DNA of 4,149 nucleotides from the IMG/VR virus record IMGVR_UViG_2681813273_000005, positions 1 to 4,149 of that record, one strand, 5' to 3'. The translations under genes and the position numbers were made by a program. This stretch comes from a virus. Its lineage: Duplodnaviria; Heunggongvirae; Uroviricota; Caudoviricetes. The notes under the pieces are model-generated. The model made no database searches, was not told the DNA's origin, and saw nothing but the letters and a program-made list of their open reading frames with translations. Position 1 is the first letter of the stretch; each line of letters begins with the position of its first letter. Of this stretch, positions 1-4,149 are shown one piece after another.

Positions 1-186
1 TCTTTGTTGGTCATTGGTTAGATCCATAGTTCTGGCTGTGATTAGGTGAAAGTATACAAGGTTTTTAAAGCGAAGATCACTGTTTTGGCTTCAAGATAGT
101 TTTGATTTATCGTAATCAATCCGCCATAATCCTCTCATCGGAGCCTGAACAACTCCGGTGACTTCTGCGCATTTAAGGGGACTTAA

Positions 187-282
187 ATGCGACCACAATC
201 TGAACTCATCACCTTGTCACAGATGCAGAAATGCACCTGCGATTTTCTGCATTCTGCGGTTTCCGTTAGGGAGGCCGTATGA
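187..282 (+). CDS. Hypothetical small protein (31 aa), possibly the ylcH-like micro-ORF found upstream of ybcN in DLP12-type prophages
   Basis: ATG at 187 preceded by AAGGGGA (173-179); translates MRPQSELITLSQMQKCTCDFLHSAVSVREAV; stop TGA 280-282 overlaps the ybcN ATG (ATGA). Below the ORF-track size cutoff. Position matches ylcH by gene order only; the sequence itself is not recognised. Confidence 0.35.
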   Translation: MRPQSELITLSQMQKCTCDFLHSAVSVREAV

Positions 283-734
283 CTCTGCCAGTAGACGGCA
301 TCAAACTCCATCGCGGTAACTTCGCGGCCATCGGCCAGCAGATTCAGCCATTGCTGGATGCCGGGCAATGCTTACGCCTGCAGGTTAAGCCGTGGCGCGA
401 GAAGCGCAGCCTGTCGCAGAACGCGCTCAGCCACATGTGGTACACGGAGATCAGCGAATATCTCATCGCCCGCGGCAAGACCTTCGCTACGCCTGAGTGG
501 GTCAAAGACGCGATGAAGCACACCTATCTCGGCTACGAAAGCAAAGACCGTGTAGATGTCGTGTCCGGCGAGGTCACCACCGTCCAATCCCTCCGCCATA
601 CGTCAGAGCTGGAAACCGGCGAGATGTACATCTTCCTGTGCAAAGTCGAAGCCTGGGCGATGAATATCGGCTGCCACCTGACAATTCCGCAGAGCTGTGA
701 ATACCAGCAGCTGCGCGATAAGCAGGAGGCGTAA
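279..734 (+). CDS. ybcN: NinB/Orf-family protein (YbcN-like, 151 aa)
   Basis: ORF-track 279..734; RBS AGGGAGG (268-274) 4 nt before ATG; contains the RSLSQN motif resembling lambda NinB RSLDQN; first gene of the nin-like operon by order. Confidence 0.85.
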   Translation: MTLPVDGIKLHRGNFAAIGQQIQPLLDAGQCLRLQVKPWREKRSLSQNALSHMWYTEISEYLIARGKTFATPEWVKDAMKHTYLGYESKDRVDVVSGEVTTVQSLRHTSELETGEMYIFLCKVEAWAMNIGCHLTIPQSCEYQQLRDKQEA

Positions 735-904
735 TGGCTACACCGCTTATTCGTGTCATGAACGGGCACATCTACAGAGTATCAAATCGTCGTAAGCGTA
801 AGCCTGAGCTGAAGCCATCCGAAATACCAACACTGCTCGGATATACCGCTAGCCTGGTTGATAAAAAATGGTTGCGACTGGCAGCAAGGAGGAATCATGG
901 CTGA
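734..904 (+). CDS. ninE: NinE-family protein (56 aa)
   Basis: Hand-translated (not in ORF track): [56 protein letters not shown]; RBS AGGAGG (724-729); start overlaps ybcN stop (TAATG); basic KRKP and WLR motifs typical of lambdoid NinE. Confidence 0.75.
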   Translation: MATPLIRVMNGHIYRVSNRRKRKPELKPSEIPTLLGYTASLVDKKWLRLAARRNHG

Positions 905-1187
905 TTTGAGAAAAGCAGCGCGTGGTCGGGAATGCCAGGTAAGAATCCCTGGCGTATGTAATGGCAATCCTGAAACGTCAGTACTGGCACATATCCGGCT
1001 GGCTGGATTGTGCGGTACCGGTATCAAACCGCCAGACCTGATTGCCACCATTGCATGTTCTGCCTGTCACGACGAAATCGACCGCCGCACATATTTTGTC
1101 GATGCTGAGTATGCAAAAGAATGCGCGCTGGAAGGTATGGCGAGAACGCAGGTTATCTGGCTGAAAGAGGGGGTTATTAAGGCGTGA
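897..1187 (+). CDS. ybcO: YbcO-like Cys-rich protein (DUF1364, putative nuclease), 96 aa
   Basis: ORF-track frame 858..1187 trimmed to ATG 897 ([15 protein letters not shown]...), which has a strong RBS AGGAGG (886-891); overlaps ninE by 8 nt; Cys pairs CQVRIPGVC and CSACH suggest a metal-binding site. Confidence 0.85.
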   Translation: MADLRKAARGRECQVRIPGVCNGNPETSVLAHIRLAGLCGTGIKPPDLIATIACSACHDEIDRRTYFVDAEYAKECALEGMARTQVIWLKEGVIKA

Positions 1188-1546
1188 ATACCTACAGCAT
1201 CACATTACCCTGGCCTCCGAGCAATAACCGCTATTACCGCCATAATCGCGGGCGCACACACATCAGCGCAGAAGGGCAGGCATACCGCGATAACGTCACC
1301 CGAATCATTAAAAACGCAATGCTGGATATCGGCCTGGCTATGCCAGTGAAAATCCGTATTGAGTGCCACATGCCGGATCGCCGTCGCCGTGACCTGGATA
1401 ATCTGCAAAAAGCCGCTTTTGACGCACTCACCAAAGCAGGTTTCTGGCTGGATGATGCTCAGGTCGTTGATTACCGCGTTGTGAAGATGCCTGTTACCAA
1501 AGGTGGGAGGCTGGAACTGACCATCACCGAAATGGGGAATGAATGA
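1184..1546 (+). CDS. rusA: RusA-family Holliday junction resolvase (120 aa)
   Basis: ORF-track 1184..1546; GTG start overlapping ybcO stop (GTGA); N-terminus [24 protein letters not shown] matches my recollection of E. coli RusA; position after ybcO is as in DLP12. Confidence 0.9.
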   Translation: MNTYSITLPWPPSNNRYYRHNRGRTHISAEGQAYRDNVTRIIKNAMLDIGLAMPVKIRIECHMPDRRRRDLDNLQKAAFDALTKAGFWLDDAQVVDYRVVKMPVTKGGRLELTITEMGNE

Positions 1547-1683
1547 TGTTTGAGTTTTATATGGCAGAACTTCTTCGCCACCGCTGGGGGCATCTGCGCT
1601 TATATCGTTTCCCCGGTTCTGTTTTGACCGATTACCGAATACTGAAGAATTACGCCAAAACCCTGACAGGAGCAGGAGTATGA
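1543..1683 (+). CDS. ylcG: YlcG-like small protein (46 aa)
   Basis: Hand-translated: [46 protein letters not shown]; ATG overlaps rusA stop (ATGA); size and position match ylcG of DLP12-type prophages. Confidence 0.7.
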   Translation: MMFEFYMAELLRHRWGHLRLYRFPGSVLTDYRILKNYAKTLTGAGV

Positions 1684-1768
1684 AGTCAGAGATAACAATC
1701 AACTAATACTGTTTTGTTGATTTTTGCTTGTAATTGGCGTTCTGGTCTGATTTTTGTGGAGTAAGTTG

Positions 1769-2152
1769 ATGCGTGATATTCAGATGGTTCTTGAGCGTTG
1801 GGGAGCGTGGGCGGCTAATAATCATGAAGATGTGACCTGGTCGTCCATTGCCGCCGGTTTTAAGGGATTAATTACTTCAAAAGTAAAATCTCGCCCGCAA
1901 TGTTGTGACGATGACGCGATGATTATTTGCGGGTGCATGGCCCGTCTGAAAAAGAACAACAGCGATTTGCACGATTTATTAGTAGATTATTATGTAGTCG
2001 GTATGACATTCATGTCACTGGCAGGTAAGCATTGCTGCTCTGATGGTTATATCGGGAAAAGGTTACAGAAGGCTGAGGGCATAATTGAAGGGATGTTAAT
2101 GGCATTAGATATCCGGTTAGAGATGGATATCGTTGTTAATAACTCTAATTAA
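1769..2152 (+). CDS. quuD: Q-family late-gene antitermination protein (QuuD-like, 127 aa)
   Basis: ORF-track 1754..2152 trimmed to ATG 1769 ([22 protein letters not shown]...), with GGAG (1757-1760) 8 nt upstream; Cys-rich region (CCDDD...CGC...HCC) consistent with a Zn-binding Q protein; lies after the nin genes as in lambdoid phages. Confidence 0.85.
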   Translation: MRDIQMVLERWGAWAANNHEDVTWSSIAAGFKGLITSKVKSRPQCCDDDAMIICGCMARLKKNNSDLHDLLVDYYVVGMTFMSLAGKHCCSDGYIGKRLQKAEGIIEGMLMALDIRLEMDIVVNNSN

Positions 2153-2167
2153 TATGCCAATTGTTTA

Positions 2168-2203
2168 CTAAAAATTATTAAAAATGGGGCGTTGCAACGC
2201 CCC
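2168..2203 (-). terminator. Rho-independent terminator candidate for - strand transcription (porin)
   Basis: Perfect 18-nt GC-rich palindrome GGGGCGTTGCAACGCCCC (2186-2203); on the - strand it is followed by ATTTTTAATAATTTTT (complement of 2168-2185). The + strand has only an A-rich tract downstream. Confidence 0.45.
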
Positions 2204-2269
2204 CAAAAATAAAGGGTAATATATAACAGAAGGTTTATATAGTTAGAAGCAAGGTTGTGCTCCTAAAGG

Positions 2270-2330
2270 AAGTGGCTTGAGGGAGCCACTTATATGTTGG
2301 GGAGGCAAAGCCTCCCGCAACATATCTTTT
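2270..2330. terminator. Two adjacent stem-loops between the convergent Q and porin genes; the second is a candidate + strand terminator
   Basis: Hairpin AAGTGGCT/AGCCACTT (2270-2291, loop TGAGGG), then ATATGTTGGGGAGGC-AAA-GCCTCCCGCAACATAT (2292-2325, one mismatch) followed by CTTTT (2326-2330); 15 nt from the porin stop. Confidence 0.4.
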
Positions 2331-2340
2331 AGTAATCAAA

Positions 2341-3423
2341 TTAGAACTGGTAAACCATACCTACAGCAACGATATCATCGGTAGCAACGCCAGATGCTTT
2401 CGTGAAATCGCTCTTATCAATCAGGTTGATTTTGTAATCAACAAAAGTGGACATATTTTTGTTGAAGTAATAGGTTGCACCTACATCAATATATTCAACC
2501 AGGTCCTGATCACCCCACGCACCCAAGTCTTTTCCTTTAGATTGCAGGTAAGCAACGGACGGACGCAGACCGAAGTCGAACTGATATTGTGCAACTACTT
2601 CGAAGTTTTGTGCTTTGTTGGCAATATGGTTATTACCAAAAACAGTCATGTTCTGGGTTTCAGAATAGGTGGTAGCCAGATAGATGTTGTTCGCATCATA
2701 TTTCAGACCAGCTGCCCATACTTCAGCATTTTGACCAGATGCATTCAGGCTGTTGTTACCGTAGATAACCTGATTATTAGTGCGGTCAGATTTAGCATAG
2801 GTTGCACCTACACCGAATCCTTCATACTCATAAGTAGTGGAGAAACCGAAACCATCACCATTAGCTTCAGTTACGTCAGTGCGGTCATTTTTACCCTGAT
2901 ACTGAGCAGCAAAGTTCAGACCATCAACCAGACCAAAGAAGTCGTTGTTACGATAAGTTGCAACACCAGTGGTGCGACCAGTCATGAACACATCTGTTTG
3001 AGTCCAAGTGTCACCACCGAATTCTGGCAGGACGTCAGTCCACGCACCGATGTCGTATGCTACACCGTAGTTACGGCCGTAATCGATGGAGCCGTAGTCA
3101 CCGAATTTCAGGCCAGCGAAGGCAAGACGGGTTTTATCTTTGGAGGAACCTTGAGATTCAGCGCGGTTGCCTTTGAATTCATATTCCCACTGACCGAAAC
3201 CAGTCAGTTGATCGTTGATTTGGGTTTCACCTTTGAAGCCAAGACGGGCATAAGTAGTATCACCATCATCTGCATCATTAGAGGAGAAGTAGTGCTTAGC
3301 ATTAACTTTCCCGTACAGATCCAGCTTGTTACTGTCTTTATTATAAATTTCAGCTGCCTGAGCAGACATCGCCATCAGTACTGATGCAGCTACAGCAGAA
3401 ATTGCCACTGTTAATTTTTTCAT
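2341..3423 (-). CDS. nmpC: General outer-membrane porin (OmpC/OmpF/PhoE family; NmpC/OmpD/Lc-like), intact, 360 aa
   Basis: ORF-track 2341..3483 trimmed to the ATG at 3423, where a typical signal peptide begins ([23 protein letters not shown]|AEIYNK); porin-type composition (Gly/Tyr/Asp/Asn-rich) and C-terminal ...VGMVYQF; convergent with quuD as in DLP12. Confidence 0.9.
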   Translation of the reverse strand: MKKLTVAISAVAASVLMAMSAQAAEIYNKDSNKLDLYGKVNAKHYFSSNDADDGDTTYARLGFKGETQINDQLTGFGQWEYEFKGNRAESQGSSKDKTRLAFAGLKFGDYGSIDYGRNYGVAYDIGAWTDVLPEFGGDTWTQTDVFMTGRTTGVATYRNNDFFGLVDGLNFAAQYQGKNDRTDVTEANGDGFGFSTTYEYEGFGVGATYAKSDRTNNQVIYGNNSLNASGQNAEVWAAGLKYDANNIYLATTYSETQNMTVFGNNHIANKAQNFEVVAQYQFDFGLRPSVAYLQSKGKDLGAWGDQDLVEYIDVGATYYFNKNMSTFVDYKINLIDKSDFTKASGVATDDIVAVGMVYQF

Positions 3424-3631
3424 CGTGAGCCCTTTTTTTGAACTATTATTAAAAAATGATGTCATTGCGCGATAAATATTCATCTAATCAATGTGATTAT
3501 TTCAAGATGTAAGTTTTGGTTTCTCGTTTGATTTGTGAAGTAGATCTCTATTTTTATCTGAACTTTTTTCTATCGAATCCTATTCATGGCTCTTGACTGA
3601 ATAAAAATAAATCTATTAGCCAATTTATATT
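3424..3631 (-). promoter_or_regulatory. AT-rich porin promoter/5' leader region
   Basis: AT-rich, ORF-free sequence immediately 5' of the porin start on the - strand; 3424-3545 is conserved at ~90% in the second copy (3978-4101). No precise -35/-10 could be assigned with confidence. Confidence 0.35.
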
Positions 3632-3642
3632 NNNNNNNNNNN
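3632..3642. other. Run of 11 N (assembly or scaffold gap)
   Basis: Literal n characters in the sequence. Confidence 0.99.
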
Positions 3643-3790
3643 AAATACGGCATACTCAACCTATTGGAGCCTGAACAATCCGGTGACTTCTGCGCTAATC
3701 GGGGACGTTTATAAGCACATATAATTGATACTATCTTCCTCCATCACAATTTCAGAAATGCACGTGTGATTTTTTTGCATCCGGCGTTTG
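3643..3790 (+). repeat. Diverged copy of the block upstream of ybcN (homologous to about 117-262)
   Basis: By-eye alignment: near-identical core GGAGCCTGAACAA(C)TCCGGTGACTTCTGCGC (140-170 vs 3666-3695) and CAGAAATGCAC..GATTTT..GCAT..GCGGTTT (224-262 vs 3751-3790); flanks more diverged. Confidence 0.6.
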
Positions 3791-3794
3791 GACT

Positions 3795-3968
3795 ATGTGG
3801 AGTTCAAGAGTGGGAAAGTTACAAGAGGTTGAGGGGATAATTAAAGGGATGCTTATGACATTAGATATCCGGATAGGTACGGATATCGTTGTTATTAAAT
3901 CTAGTTCGTTATTATTAAATCTAGTTTATACGTTAAGATGCAGCTACAGCAGAAATTGCCACTGTTAA
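3795..3968 (+). pseudogene. Internally deleted Q-family antiterminator remnant (57-codon ORF)
   Basis: Hand-translated: MWSSRVGKLQEVEGIIKGMLMTLDIRIGTDIVVIKSSS...; aligns to the quuD C-terminus ([33 protein letters not shown]) and to the quuD start context (TGTGGAGT); about 95 internal codons are missing and the native stop is lost. Confidence 0.5.
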
Positions 3969-3977
3969 TTTTTTCAT
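3933..3977 (-). pseudogene. Truncated porin 5' fragment (14 codons: [14 protein letters not shown] then stop)
   Basis: - strand ATG at 3977 with the same RBS context as the intact porin; identical to its first 13-14 codons, then homology ends and a TAA follows (3933-3935). Confidence 0.55.
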
Positions 3978-4101
3978 CGTGAGCCCTTTTATTTGAACTA
4001 TTATTTAAAAATGATGTCACTGCACTACAAATATTCATCCAATCAATGAGATTATTTCAAGATGTAAGTTTTAGTTTCTCATTTAAATTGTGAAGTAGAT
4101 C
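3978..4101 (-). repeat. Diverged (~90% identical) copy of the porin promoter/leader (homologous to 3424-3545)
   Basis: By-eye alignment of GAGCCCTTTT..TTGAACTATTATT..AAATGATGTCA..ATATTCATC..AATCAATG..GATTATTTCAAGATGTAAGTTTT..GTTTCTC..GTGAAGTAGATC, with scattered substitutions. Confidence 0.6.
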
Positions 4102-4149
4102 CCTGGATTTGCCCCTATATTTCCAGACACCTGTTATCACTTAACCCAT

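Noticed and set aside
1-139. Possible end of an upstream gene or a promoter in the first 139 bp
   Set aside because: All three + frames hit stops within 50 nt and there is no ORF of meaningful length on either strand; too little sequence to call anything.
183-368. 61-aa - strand ORF spanning the ybcN start
   Set aside because: Antisense to the ybcN start and RBS, no RBS of its own, and inconsistent with the + strand operon.
372-771. Several overlapping ORFs in alternative frames or antisense within ybcN (372..599 -, 497..700 +, 533..769 -, 574..771 -)
   Set aside because: All sit inside the better-supported ybcN/ninE frame; Arg/Pro-rich translations typical of off-frame reading of GC-rich coding sequence.
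858-896. Longer N-terminal extension of ybcO as listed in the ORF track (start at 858)
   Set aside because: The ATG at 897 has a strong AGGAGG RBS and gives the expected ~96-aa product; the extension would overlap most of ninE's C-terminus.
782-1051. 89-aa - strand ORF antisense to ninE/ybcO
   Set aside because: Antisense to two coupled + strand genes with strong RBSs; no supporting signal.
1234-1434. 66-aa - strand ORF inside rusA
   Set aside because: Antisense shadow ORF with an Arg/Ser-rich, low-complexity translation.
1205-1702. 165-aa - strand ORF antisense to rusA and ylcG
   Set aside because: Overlaps two well-supported + strand genes; the translation is not recognisable as any protein family; likely a shadow ORF.
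1697-1725. Weak AT-rich stem-loop (AATCAAC...GTTGATT) followed by TTTTTGCTTG between ylcG and quuD, possibly a terminator
   Set aside because: Short AT-rich stem with a 12-nt loop gives low predicted stability; could equally be chance in AT-rich intergenic DNA. Not called.
2542-3384. 280-aa + strand ORF lying entirely inside the porin gene
   Set aside because: Antisense shadow ORF of the porin CDS; low-complexity, hydrophobic translation with no RBS context or recognisable family, while the - strand frame encodes a canonical porin with signal peptide.
3424-3483. Longer porin start ([20 protein letters not shown]...) from the ORF track
   Set aside because: The signal peptide begins at MKKLTV (ATG 3423); the upstream extension is AT-rich leader with no RBS and would place 20 residues before the signal peptide.

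Overview
This window is the nin-region/Q/porin segment of a lambdoid (E. coli DLP12-like) prophage. On the + strand a tightly overlapping operon runs: small upstream ORF, NinB-family protein (YbcN-like), NinE, YbcO, RusA Holliday-junction resolvase, YlcG and a Q-family late antiterminator (QuuD-like). A hairpin-rich convergent terminator zone follows, then an intact general porin (NmpC/OmpD/Lc-like) on the - strand with its AT-rich promoter region. After an 11-nt run of N (3632-3642), the last ~500 bp is a diverged, heavily deleted mini-copy of the same locus: a homolog of the block upstream of ybcN, an internally deleted Q remnant, a 14-codon porin 5' stub and a ~90% identical copy of the porin promoter/leader. 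I see no clearly novel system. The cargo is a known lysogenic-conversion porin, and the most unusual feature is the degenerate paralogous mini-locus and its junctions. Protein identifications rest on recalled family signatures and gene order, not on a database search.
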